From: Dehalococcoidia bacterium
GTDB taxonomy: Bacteria > Chloroflexota > Dehalococcoidia > Lucifugimonadales > UBA3495
Reading direction: 5' to 3'
Length of the DNA stretch: 63,495 nt
NCBI GenBank assembly: GCA_034428635.1
Contig: DAOUHR010000157.1
Location: 1 to 63,495 of the forward strand
The notes under the pieces were generated by a model. The model saw nothing but the letters and a program-made list of their open reading frames with translations, had not been told where the DNA came from and did no database searches. The position numbers were made by a program, and so were the translations under genes. Positions 45,896 through 54,350 of this stretch are shown piece by piece; the first letter of the stretch is position 1; each line of letters opens with the position of its first letter.

Positions 45896-46195
45896 GTGAG
45901 TCACCTCGCGCTGCGCTGTAGTGTATATTCTACTCCCACTTTCAGACGTCGGGGAAATACCAGTGGGCCGGCGGGAGAGAGATAGCCATGCGGCTGCAGG
46001 ATGGCAAATGAGAAATCCAGCAGGACTATCGCCCGGCAAATCAACCCGAACCCAAGAAGATTGGCGCCGCATGAGCCGACAAACCCTAATTGCAAATGAT
46101 AGAATCACGCACCTTGAAATCCGGGATCCGCCGCAATTTCAACGGGAAAAATGTAGCATAAGATCAAATTCGTGCTCCTTCGTGGATGATAACCA

Positions 46196-47203
46196 CTACC
46201 CCGTCGTCTCAATCCCCAGCAGCTTTTCCAGGTTCTTCCACAGGATCATGTCCTTCTCTTCCTGGGTGATGCTTTCCAGGCCTTGCAGCCAGCCCGTGGG
46301 CGACGGGTCCCAGCCCACGAAGGGGTAGTCGCTGCCCAGCACCACCCGCTCAATGCCCACCTGGTCGATCAGGAAGCGAAGGGACCGCTCGCTCATTACC
46401 ACTATGTCGTAATAGAGGCGGCTCTGGTAGTAGCTGGGTGGGCGGCTGATGTTGACGCGGGCCTCGGACCGTACCTGCCAGCCCCGGTCCATCCTACCCA
46501 TGCCGAAGCAGGCGGGGCCGCCGCCGTGGGCCACGCACACCTTCAAATCCGGGCAATTCTCCATAACCCCGCCGTAAATCAGTGCGGCCACCAGCAGGGT
46601 GTCCTCCACCGGCACGCCCACCGAGTTGTTCAGACCGTACTTGGCGGTGCGTTCCAGCATCAGGTTGTGCTGGGGCTGGGGATGGTAAAACAGCGTCGCG
46701 CCCATGGACTCGGCGGCCTTGAAGAAGGGCAGGAACTCCGGTTCATCCCAGGTCTTCCCGTTTACCACCGTGTCCAGTTCCGCTCCCTTCAAGCCCAGTG
46801 TGTTGACGGCCCGGTCCAGTTCCGCGATGGCGGCGTCCACATCCTGCATGGGCAGGGTGGCCATTCCCGCGAACCGCGTGGGAGCCTCTTTGGCAAATGC
46901 GGCAATGTCGTCGTTGACTTCCCGGGCCTGGGCAATGCCGTCGGCGGAGGAGAGATGGTAACCGAATACGGGCGTATGGATGGCGACCACCTGGACTTCC
47001 GTGCCCAGTTGGTCCATGTCCGCCACCCGCTCTTCGGGCGTGAACCTGCACTTGGGGTGCACGTTAACGATTTTGCCTTCCCTGACGAAGATATTGCGCT
47101 GTTCTGCGTCAGTGTACTTCATGCCGTACCATTCCTGGCCGGCCGCCATGGTCTTCAACATTGTCGGCGTAAATGTGTGGGCGTGGATGTCTATGCTGCG
47201 CAT
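46196..47203 (-). CDS. Amidohydrolase family protein (ACMSD-like), paralogue 2
   Basis: IDIHAH, ATLPMQD, FYHP, AHGGG, GSDYPF. Confidence 0.9.
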   Translation of the reverse strand: MRSIDIHAHTFTPTMLKTMAAGQEWYGMKYTDAEQRNIFVREGKIVNVHPKCRFTPEERVADMDQLGTEVQVVAIHTPVFGYHLSSADGIAQAREVNDDIAAFAKEAPTRFAGMATLPMQDVDAAIAELDRAVNTLGLKGAELDTVVNGKTWDEPEFLPFFKAAESMGATLFYHPQPQHNLMLERTAKYGLNNSVGVPVEDTLLVAALIYGGVMENCPDLKVCVAHGGGPACFGMGRMDRGWQVRSEARVNISRPPSYYQSRLYYDIVVMSERSLRFLIDQVGIERVVLGSDYPFVGWDPSPTGWLQGLESITQEEKDMILWKNLEKLLGIETTG

Positions 47204-47266
47204 CCGGTAACCTCCAGCGGGTTAAGGGTGGGGAACAAGCCTGAGAAGGACGGTGGACTTGCCTCC

Positions 47267-48262
47267 CTACAGGCCCAGCAGGTTCTCCAGGTTTTTCCAC
47301 AGGATCAGTTCCTTCTCTTCCTGGGTGATTTTGTCCAGGCTAAGCACCCAGGAAACGGGCCAGTCAAATTCCATGTCGTAAGGCCAGTCGGTGCCAAACA
47401 GCACCCGGTCTGCGCCCACCGTGTCGATCAGGAATCGCAGGGACTCTTCCGTGTATACGATGCAATCGTAGTGGAAGCGGCGCAGGTATTCGCTGGGCGG
47501 CATGGGCGGCTTGGTGGGGGATTCGGGGGCCCCCTGCCAGCCCCGGTCAATGCGCCCGATGTTGTAGCAGGTGTACCCGCCCCCGTGGGACAGGCAGATT
47601 TTCAAATCGGGGCAGGCGTCCATCACCCCGCCCATTACCAGCGAACAGAAGGTAATAGTGCGGTCGGCTAGGTTGCCGATGGAGTTGGGCAGGTGAAACT
47701 TGTCTGTCCGGAAGTCCACCAGTGTGCCGTCGCCCTGGTGAAACAGGATTAGCGCCCCCATCTGCTCTGCAGCCTTCCAGAAGGTCAGAAACTCCGGTTC
47801 GTCCAGCAGCTTGCCGTTGACCTTGTCGTCAATCATGGCCCCCTTGAAACCCATGGTGGTCATGATGCGTTCAAGCTCGGCGACGGCGGCGTTTACGTCC
47901 TGCATCGGCAGGGTGCCCAGGCCGGCAAACCGGTCGGGCCAGGCCGTCACCATCTCTGCAATTTCGTCATTGGAGTCCCGCGAAGAGGCGACGGCCAGTG
48001 AGGCGTCCAGCCCATAGTTGTAGAAACCGGAATACGGAGAAAGGACGTGCATATCCACGCCCAGCGAGTCCATGTCCGCCATGCGCTCTTCCGGCGTCCA
48101 GCGAGCCTTGGGAGGGAGGCCGCCCCTCCGGTCGCCCACGATGGCGATCTGTCGGCCCCGGGCGTCCTGCTCGCGGCGCAGCGAGTGCCAGTCGCCGCCA
48201 TTCTCCGTGGCTCTCCAGAAGCGCTGGGGTGTCAGGTGGGCGTGAATGTCGATGCTTCGCAT
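47267..48262 (-). CDS. Amidohydrolase family protein (ACMSD-like), paralogue 1
   Basis: IDIHAH, GTLPMQD, LFHQ, SHGGG, GTDWPY. Confidence 0.9.
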   Translation of the reverse strand: MRSIDIHAHLTPQRFWRATENGGDWHSLRREQDARGRQIAIVGDRRGGLPPKARWTPEERMADMDSLGVDMHVLSPYSGFYNYGLDASLAVASSRDSNDEIAEMVTAWPDRFAGLGTLPMQDVNAAVAELERIMTTMGFKGAMIDDKVNGKLLDEPEFLTFWKAAEQMGALILFHQGDGTLVDFRTDKFHLPNSIGNLADRTITFCSLVMGGVMDACPDLKICLSHGGGYTCYNIGRIDRGWQGAPESPTKPPMPPSEYLRRFHYDCIVYTEESLRFLIDTVGADRVLFGTDWPYDMEFDWPVSWVLSLDKITQEEKELILWKNLENLLGL

Positions 48263-48303
48263 TGCTTTTTACTCCCACGAAATTCGGTTTCATGCAGTTA
48301 AAT

Positions 48304-48497
48304 GGGCCCGCGAATGCTGCCATTACGGCCCCCTACAGTGAACGGGCCAAACGTAGCATACGGGTAAGGGCCTGTCAATTTGGCCGCAGCTCTCTTGGCT
48401 TGGCGTATTGGGTGGTCTTATCATCCCGCTATGTAGGGGCAGACCTGTGTGTCTGCCCAGCCCCGTGCGATATAGGCCTATACCCGTGTGCCTGCCC
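48304..48497. repeat. Cluster of GTAG-type REP-like units, family C
   Basis: GTAGGGGCAGACCTGTGTGTCTGCCC at 48433-48458, a degenerate copy at 48473-48497, and a minus-strand GTAGGGGGCC... unit at 48304-48336. Confidence 0.6.
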
Positions 48498-48574
48498 AGT
48501 TCGCAACCCAATTGCCCTATCCCCCGGCATAACGTATATTTACCCAGGAACCAGTCAGGCAAGGAGGTCCCAGG

Positions 48575-49870
48575 ATGCGTATTCTGATGATTGCCACCAA
48601 CCGGCATAACCGCCTGGTTAGCCGGATGAACGCCCAGCCCCTGCCCATCGGCATGGCCTACGTGGCCGGCCACCTGGACCCCGACCGGCACCAGCTGAAG
48701 GTGTTGGACCTGATGTTCTCCGACGACTACCTGGCCGACGTGGAAGCGGCGGTCCACGAGTTCCAGCCCGACTTGGTTGGCCTGTCCCTGCGCAACCTGA
48801 ACAACCACAGCTACCTGGATCCCCAGTGGGCCCTGCCGATAACGAAGAACGTAATCGACAAGATTCGCGAGTTCTCCACCGCTCCCATCGTCTGCGGCGG
48901 TCCGGCCTTCAGCCTGCTGCCCGAAGAGTGCTTTGCCTACCTGGAGCCTGACCTGGGCCTGGCCGGCGACGCGGGGGAAACTTTCTCCGAACTGGCCGGC
49001 CGCATCGAAATCGGCGAGCCTTCCTACCTGGACCTGCCCGGCCTGGTCTACCGAGACGAGGCGGGCATCCACTTCAACGGCATGCGCTGCCGGTCCGAAT
49101 TCTCCATGCCCCCCCGGTTCGACGAACTGGACATGGAAAAGTACCGCCTGGCCGGCTTCGGTGTCGGCATCGTTACCAAGCTCGGCGATTTCAACTACCC
49201 CACGTCGCCAAACTCTGAACCGGCGCAGCGTAGCGCCTGGCGGGTCATACGCCCCATTGAAGAGGTGGTGGCAGAAGTAAAGGACATGGAAGCCCGTTTC
49301 AACCTGCGCAAAGTCCACTTTATCGATAACGGCTTCAACATGCCCCTGGCCCACGCCAAGGAACTGTGCCAGGCCCTGATCGACGCCGACATCGGTGTCC
49401 ACTGGACCACCGGCCTTGCCCCCTTCAGTTGCGATGCCGAATTGGTGGATTTGATGAAGCGGGCCGGCTGCGTCCTGGTCATGATGGGCAATATGCGCGG
49501 CGACAGCCACGACGGCACTACCCTTGGCGAACGCATGGAACCCATGCTGGAGACCTGCCGAATCTGCGAGGAGGGCGGCCTTAACTACACCATCGCCCAG
49601 CGCTTCGGTGACCCCGGCGAAACGAGGGAGTCGGTGGAAGAAAAGCTGGCCTTCCTGCGCAACATCAAGCCTTCCATGGCCAATCTGCGCGTGGGCGTCA
49701 GCATCATGCCCGGCACCCGGGAGGCCCAGCTTGCTGTGGAAGAGGGCCTCGTCGCCGACGAAAGTGAACTCATCAAGCCCACCTTCTACCTGGACCCACA
49801 GGTCAAGGACTGGGTGGTCGACTACCTGAAGGAAGCCGCCGCCGACCAGCCCCGGTGGAATCTGTTGTAG
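48575..49870 (+). CDS. Cobalamin-binding domain + radical-SAM-fold protein lacking the CxxxCxxC motif
   Basis: PLPIGMAYVAG, DLVGLSLRN, GGPAFS, FIDNGFNMP, FGDPGET, IMPGT. The expected TKRGCxxxCxxC reads TKLGDFNYPTS. Confidence 0.8.
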   Translation: MRILMIATNRHNRLVSRMNAQPLPIGMAYVAGHLDPDRHQLKVLDLMFSDDYLADVEAAVHEFQPDLVGLSLRNLNNHSYLDPQWALPITKNVIDKIREFSTAPIVCGGPAFSLLPEECFAYLEPDLGLAGDAGETFSELAGRIEIGEPSYLDLPGLVYRDEAGIHFNGMRCRSEFSMPPRFDELDMEKYRLAGFGVGIVTKLGDFNYPTSPNSEPAQRSAWRVIRPIEEVVAEVKDMEARFNLRKVHFIDNGFNMPLAHAKELCQALIDADIGVHWTTGLAPFSCDAELVDLMKRAGCVLVMMGNMRGDSHDGTTLGERMEPMLETCRICEEGGLNYTIAQRFGDPGETRESVEEKLAFLRNIKPSMANLRVGVSIMPGTREAQLAVEEGLVADESELIKPTFYLDPQVKDWVVDYLKEAAADQPRWNLL

Positions 49871-50077
49871 AAGTCAATTGTTCATTCCCTGCTGGTGAGA
49901 ATGGGTAGAATGTTATGGACTCTAGTCGCATCTGCAGGTAATTTCGGCCTTGAATAAGGTCCACGTTGTTGCACATGGACCGCCGCACCTAGGGGCTAAT
50001 TCCTTTGAGTCCCTCCAGGTTCCGGGCCGAAGCGCGAACCTGATCACCGGCATGCCGGGGTGCTCTATGTGGATTGC

Positions 50078-50332
50078 ATGAATCGAAACGCTGCCCTGCG
50101 GCAACGGATCTTGAGCGGCCGGTCTGACGCCAATACCCGATTCGACGAGCTTCGCCCGTTATTGAGTCGTTGAGGGTTCACTGAGCGGATTAGTGCAAGT
50201 CACCACATCTACAGAAAGATTGGCGTCCGTGAGATGATTAACTTGCAGCGTGAGGGGAGCCACGCCAAACCTTACCAGGTACGGCAGGTTAGGAATATCA
50301 TACTGGCCTACGGAATTGGAGACGCTGAATAA
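50078..50332 (+). pseudogene. hicA: HicA toxin pseudogene (in-frame TGA at codon 32)
   Basis: Manual translation MNRNAALRQRILSGRSDANTRFDELRPLLSR*GFTERISASHHIYRKIGVREMINLQREGSHAKPYQVRQVRNII...; TGA at 50171-50173; TAATG overlap with hicB. Confidence 0.85.
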
Positions 50333-50544
50333 TGCACAAGTACGAAATTATCATCTATTGGAGCGATGAAGACGGCGTATTTGTTGCTGAAGTCCCTGAA
50401 CTGCCAGGGTGCTTGGCCCACGGGAACAGCCAGGAGGAAGCTCGGCAGAACATCAACCAGGCCGCAGAGTTGTGGCTGAAGACGGCCAGTGAATTCGGCG
50501 ACGCCATTCCAGAACCAAAAGGCAGAAGGCTTATGCTGGCCTAG
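50332..50544 (+). CDS. hicB: Short HicB family antitoxin
   Basis: YEIIIYWSDEDGVFVAEVPELPGCLAHGNSQEEA...GDAIPEPKG. Confidence 0.92.
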   Translation: MHKYEIIIYWSDEDGVFVAEVPELPGCLAHGNSQEEARQNINQAAELWLKTASEFGDAIPEPKGRRLMLA

Positions 50545-51461
50545 TGGAAATTACTTCCCTGCCCGACCAATACACGGAGGAAACCTTGGAACCAACCAGC
50601 AAGTACGTCCAGGCCAACGGCATAACCCTGCATGGCCTGACCTGGGGCGACCCGAATAACCCACTCTTGATTATGACCCATGGCATTGGCCTTTGCGCCA
50701 TGGTGTGGCGGCCCCTGGCCGAAGACCTGGCCCGCGATTACCATGTCTTTTCCCTGGACCTGCGGGGGCACGGCGACACCGACAAGCCCGGCGGCTACAC
50801 CTTTGACAACATGGCCGAGGACGTGGTTGCCCTGGTGCGTGCCCTTGACCCGCCCCAACCCCCTTACGGAATCGGCCACTCCGCCGGCGGCATGACGATA
50901 ATGATCGCCAACTCCAAGGCCCCCGGAACCATGGGCCCAACCGTGCTGGTGGACACCCGTGTTGGTCCGGCCCTGGAGGTTTACAACCCGGAAGAGCGCG
51001 AGGAGCGGATGAACCGCACCCGCAACAAGCGGGCCATCTGGGAGACTCGCGAGATCATGTACGATGCCTACCGCAACCGCCGGGTTTTCAGTACCTGGAC
51101 CGACGACGCGGTGAGGGATTATATCTATGGCGGCACCAGGCTTCTGGACGACGGCCGGGCCGAGTTGAAATGCCCCACCGACGTGGAAGCCATCTACTAC
51201 GAAGCCCGCCACTCTTTGAATCCCACCCCATACCTGAAAGCGCTGTCCGGTGAATACCTGCTTCTCCTTGGCTACACCGGCAACTACCCGGACGAGGCCG
51301 CCCGTAACAGCGACGAGGTCAAGTACTTCCTAAACGAGGTCAAGGGCGCCAGGATGGAAACCCTGCCCAAAGGCTCCCACTTCGTAGCCATGGAGGACCC
51401 TGACCTGGTCCTTTCATCCGCCCGCCGGTACCTGGACGGCCACCGCCTGGGGGGCGATTAG
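50544..51461 (+). CDS. Alpha/beta hydrolase
   Basis: MTHGIG, DLRGHGDTDK, GHSAGG, GSHFVAME. Confidence 0.88.
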   Translation: MEITSLPDQYTEETLEPTSKYVQANGITLHGLTWGDPNNPLLIMTHGIGLCAMVWRPLAEDLARDYHVFSLDLRGHGDTDKPGGYTFDNMAEDVVALVRALDPPQPPYGIGHSAGGMTIMIANSKAPGTMGPTVLVDTRVGPALEVYNPEEREERMNRTRNKRAIWETREIMYDAYRNRRVFSTWTDDAVRDYIYGGTRLLDDGRAELKCPTDVEAIYYEARHSLNPTPYLKALSGEYLLLLGYTGNYPDEAARNSDEVKYFLNEVKGARMETLPKGSHFVAMEDPDLVLSSARRYLDGHRLGGD

Positions 51462-51498
51462 CGGGTCAACAGCATTGAAATTACGGGTCGGGGGTTGA

Positions 51499-51527
51499 CC
51501 GTCATTCCGGCGAAAGCCGGAATCCAG
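51499..51527. repeat. Short palindromic repeat, family A
   Basis: CCGTCATTCCGGCGAAAGCCGGAATCCAG; 27/28 identical to 59170-59197. Confidence 0.8.
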
Positions 51528-51634
51528 TTTCCCCTTTAGACTAAAATACACCGGTCTTGGACGAGCCTTAGTCGCCAGGGAACAAGCACATCACCTATTG
51601 GGCGAATTATCGGGGAGTCCCAGGAGGAAAGTAA

Positions 51635-52084
51635 GTGACTGGCGGCAGTCTGCCCAGATTTCTCTGTGTCCCGATACTTGTCCTCTTTCTCGTCGGATGC
51701 GCCTGTGCGTCCTCCCCGGGTGGCTTAGGCGTTTGCTTGGACGAATCAGGTATCCAGGGTCTCCAAGCAGAGTTTTTGGCAGACTCGCAAGCAGCAGATC
51801 AAAAGTACATGGGGCGGGACCTGTGCTTGGAGGGGATAGTCGCTTTCAGCCAGCATAGCCCTGATTCACTGACCGTAGCCGTCAACCTCGGCGACCAGGT
51901 AAGCGCAATGCTCCATCAGTCCAAGGGCGAAGACGGGTACCAGGAACTCGTGACTTGGACGGATAACAACGGAGAGGGGGACAGCGTCCGAATTATTTGC
52001 AGACTTACTGGGTTCGTGTCCGTAGAGGGCGCCCCTGAACCTATGCCCATTCCCGCGTTTAATAGTTGCAGCCTTGCCAATTAG
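51635..52084 (+). CDS. Putative OB-fold lipoprotein (tRNA_anti-like)
   Basis: Lipobox LVGC; EFLADSQAADQKYMGRDLCLEGIV...DSVRIIC pattern. Confidence 0.55.
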   Translation: MTGGSLPRFLCVPILVLFLVGCACASSPGGLGVCLDESGIQGLQAEFLADSQAADQKYMGRDLCLEGIVAFSQHSPDSLTVAVNLGDQVSAMLHQSKGEDGYQELVTWTDNNGEGDSVRIICRLTGFVSVEGAPEPMPIPAFNSCSLAN

Positions 52085-52237
52085 GGATGTGATCCCTTCC
52101 TGCTTGAGTTCATGGGCAAGCCCCCAGACGCCAAGACCTTTCATGTACTTTGCGATTCAACTCTAGGTACCCTTCCGTATTCTGGCTCAGGGCGAACGAA
52201 ATCCCCAGTAGTCCATCATTTCAGCAGCGATGGTCTC

Positions 52238-53977
52238 CTACCGCGACCCCTCCACCTGGACGTAAACCACGTCCACCCCGTGGTATTTCTGGTGCCGTAC
52301 CGAGGAGGCATAGTGCCGCAGCAGGCGGAATGATATCTCCCGGACGTCTGGAACGTCGGCCGGTTCCTCCAGGTACATCAGCTGGTCCTCCAGGTTTCCC
52401 CCTTCGGCGCCCGACACAAACTCCAGTTCCACCCCGCTGCCCGTGGCGTGCGCCTTGATCATCAGGCGACGCTTCCCGCCGCTATCCGCTTCCAGCGCTT
52501 CCGACGCCAGGCTGTTGAGCGTTTCTTCGCCCACCAGCACCAGCCGGTCGGTAGACTCCTGGTCCCAACCTATTCTGCCCCCGAATTGGGTCAGGAAGCC
52601 TGTCAGCTTGGGCAGGGCCTCGTCGTCAATGGGCATTTCCAGCTTCCGTCGGCGGGGCGCGGTCAACTCCAGGAACACCATCATAGTAACTGCCGCTATC
52701 GCCCCGGAAGTCATTCCGTTACCCAGCAGGACGCCCAGGAAACCCTGCCCCAGCAGATCGCCGAAAATCCACTGGTTCTGGAAGCCGGTTCCGACCCAGA
52801 AGGCCACGCCGGCCACCGTGGCCTTGCGGTGGTCTACCCCGTCCTGAATGACAATCTTCATTCCCTGGACGAAGAGCAGTCCCAGCAGCACGGTGATGTA
52901 GGCCGCTGCCACCGGTGTCGGAATGGCTATCACCAGCGCGGCTATCTTGGGAAAGAAGGCGACGGCTGCAATCAGGACGCCAATGTAAATGCCGACCCGG
53001 CGGGATCCTATGCCCGTAACCTCCGCCAGTGAAATGCTGGTGGAATAGGTCGTGTTCGGCAGTGTTCCCAGCAACCCGGACAGGAGATTCCCCGTTCCGT
53101 CCGCGTTGAGCGCGCCCTGTACGACTCGGAAGTCTGTGGCTCGCCGCCGCCGCTGGGACACTCGCTGGATGGCGACGCCGTCGCCAATGGTCTCGATGGC
53201 TCCCACCAGGGTCACAATTATGAAGGCTGGCAGCAGGGCCCAGAACTTGTGGTCCGGCGTTACGTCCAGGCCCGGCCACGAACTGAACGGTACCCCGAAC
53301 CAGGAGGCGTCCAGAATGGGCTGGATGTCATAAATGCCAAAGGGGGCGCCCACGGCGCACCCCGCGACAATGCCAATAACGGGAGACCACAACCGCAGTC
53401 TTGGAGGGGCCCGCAGTACGAGTCCCACCACCAGCGCCAACGTAACTCCCGCGGCCAGGGGCGCCGCCGCGGCGTGGGTGTTTTCCGGCACGTCGGTCAG
53501 CGATCCGAACACCACCGGAAAGACGGTGGCGGCAATTAACATAATTACCGTGCCCGTGACCACCGGCGTGAATATCCTTCGCAGCACGGACAGGCGGTAC
53601 GCCAGCAGGAATTGGAACAGTGATGACACCACGATCAAGCTCGCCATGGTAGCCGGCCCGGCGGTCGTCAGGGCCGCAATGCACACGGCAATAAAGGCTC
53701 CCGAGGTCCCCATCAGGAGCACGTGCCCCGACCCGAAGCGACCCAGTCCCGCCGATTGCAGGATCGTGGTAAGGCCGCTGACCAGGAGCGCGCCGAAAGC
53801 TCCCCAAACGATCAGGCTCTCGGGCTGGTCCGCAATACGCATCACGATGACTACGGTCAGTACAATGGGGGTCACCATGAGGATGGTGGCCTGGGCCGCG
53901 GCCCCGGCGGCAATCAGCGGCGGCGGACTCTCATTAGGCTCGTAGCGCACGTTTCTATTAATTTCGTTTGCGTCCAA
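52238..53977 (-). CDS. NCS2 (xanthine/uracil/ascorbate) permease fused to a C-terminal degenerate RsbW/HATPase-like domain
   Basis: Start reassigned to TTG 53977 (GAGGT RBS). VRYEPNESPP, FTPVVTGTVI, ETIGD, NTTYS, TGIGSRRVG, FFPKIA; ~140-aa soluble tail with EETLN. Confidence 0.85.
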   Translation of the reverse strand: MDANEINRNVRYEPNESPPPLIAAGAAAQATILMVTPIVLTVVIVMRIADQPESLIVWGAFGALLVSGLTTILQSAGLGRFGSGHVLLMGTSGAFIAVCIAALTTAGPATMASLIVVSSLFQFLLAYRLSVLRRIFTPVVTGTVIMLIAATVFPVVFGSLTDVPENTHAAAAPLAAGVTLALVVGLVLRAPPRLRLWSPVIGIVAGCAVGAPFGIYDIQPILDASWFGVPFSSWPGLDVTPDHKFWALLPAFIIVTLVGAIETIGDGVAIQRVSQRRRRATDFRVVQGALNADGTGNLLSGLLGTLPNTTYSTSISLAEVTGIGSRRVGIYIGVLIAAVAFFPKIAALVIAIPTPVAAAYITVLLGLLFVQGMKIVIQDGVDHRKATVAGVAFWVGTGFQNQWIFGDLLGQGFLGVLLGNGMTSGAIAAVTMMVFLELTAPRRRKLEMPIDDEALPKLTGFLTQFGGRIGWDQESTDRLVLVGEETLNSLASEALEADSGGKRRLMIKAHATGSGVELEFVSGAEGGNLEDQLMYLEEPADVPDVREISFRLLRHYASSVRHQKYHGVDVVYVQVEGSR

Positions 53978-54103
53978 TGGGTAGCACCTCGCGAGGGGCT
54001 GGCATATAAACGGGAAAAGCCCTGAAATTGGCACATTATATCGAATAACAAGGTACCGTTGTAGATTTTGGGTAGGACCCAGGGCAATCGCATTACGTTT
54101 AAT

Positions 54104-54131
54104 TGTCATTCTGAACGGAGTGAAGAATCTA
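54104..54131. repeat. Short palindromic repeat, family B, second copy
   Basis: TGTCATTCTGAACGGAGTGAAGAATCTA; a CCCTTCGGCAAGCTCAG unit follows at ~54193-54209. Confidence 0.7.
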
Positions 54132-54350
54132 AACTCCATCCCACAGGCCAACTGGGAGACCCGTAACCGGGCTGGCATGCAGGATTTTAGGCCCTTCGGC
54201 AAGCTCAGAGCGACCTGTCTTATGCCTGGCGGATGTCTGCCACCTATAGCCTGAATCTAAAGCGCGATTGCCCTGTTAGTATTCCCGCGTAAATGTCCTC
54301 TGACCGGATTTTTGGTATATTGCTACTAACCCCACCGCAGGGAGAGCTTT

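Noticed and set aside
43059-47671. Long antisense ORFs (e.g. 43059-44543, 46283-47671; also 54276-56036, 48323-49510, 40836-42107)
   Set aside because: Mirror frames of real high-GC genes; no motifs and no RBS.
50171-50173. In-frame TGA in hicA as possible selenocysteine or recoding
   Set aside because: The position is Leu in the HicA LGF motif rather than a conserved Cys/Trp; only a weak hairpin follows, and other genes here use TGA as stop.
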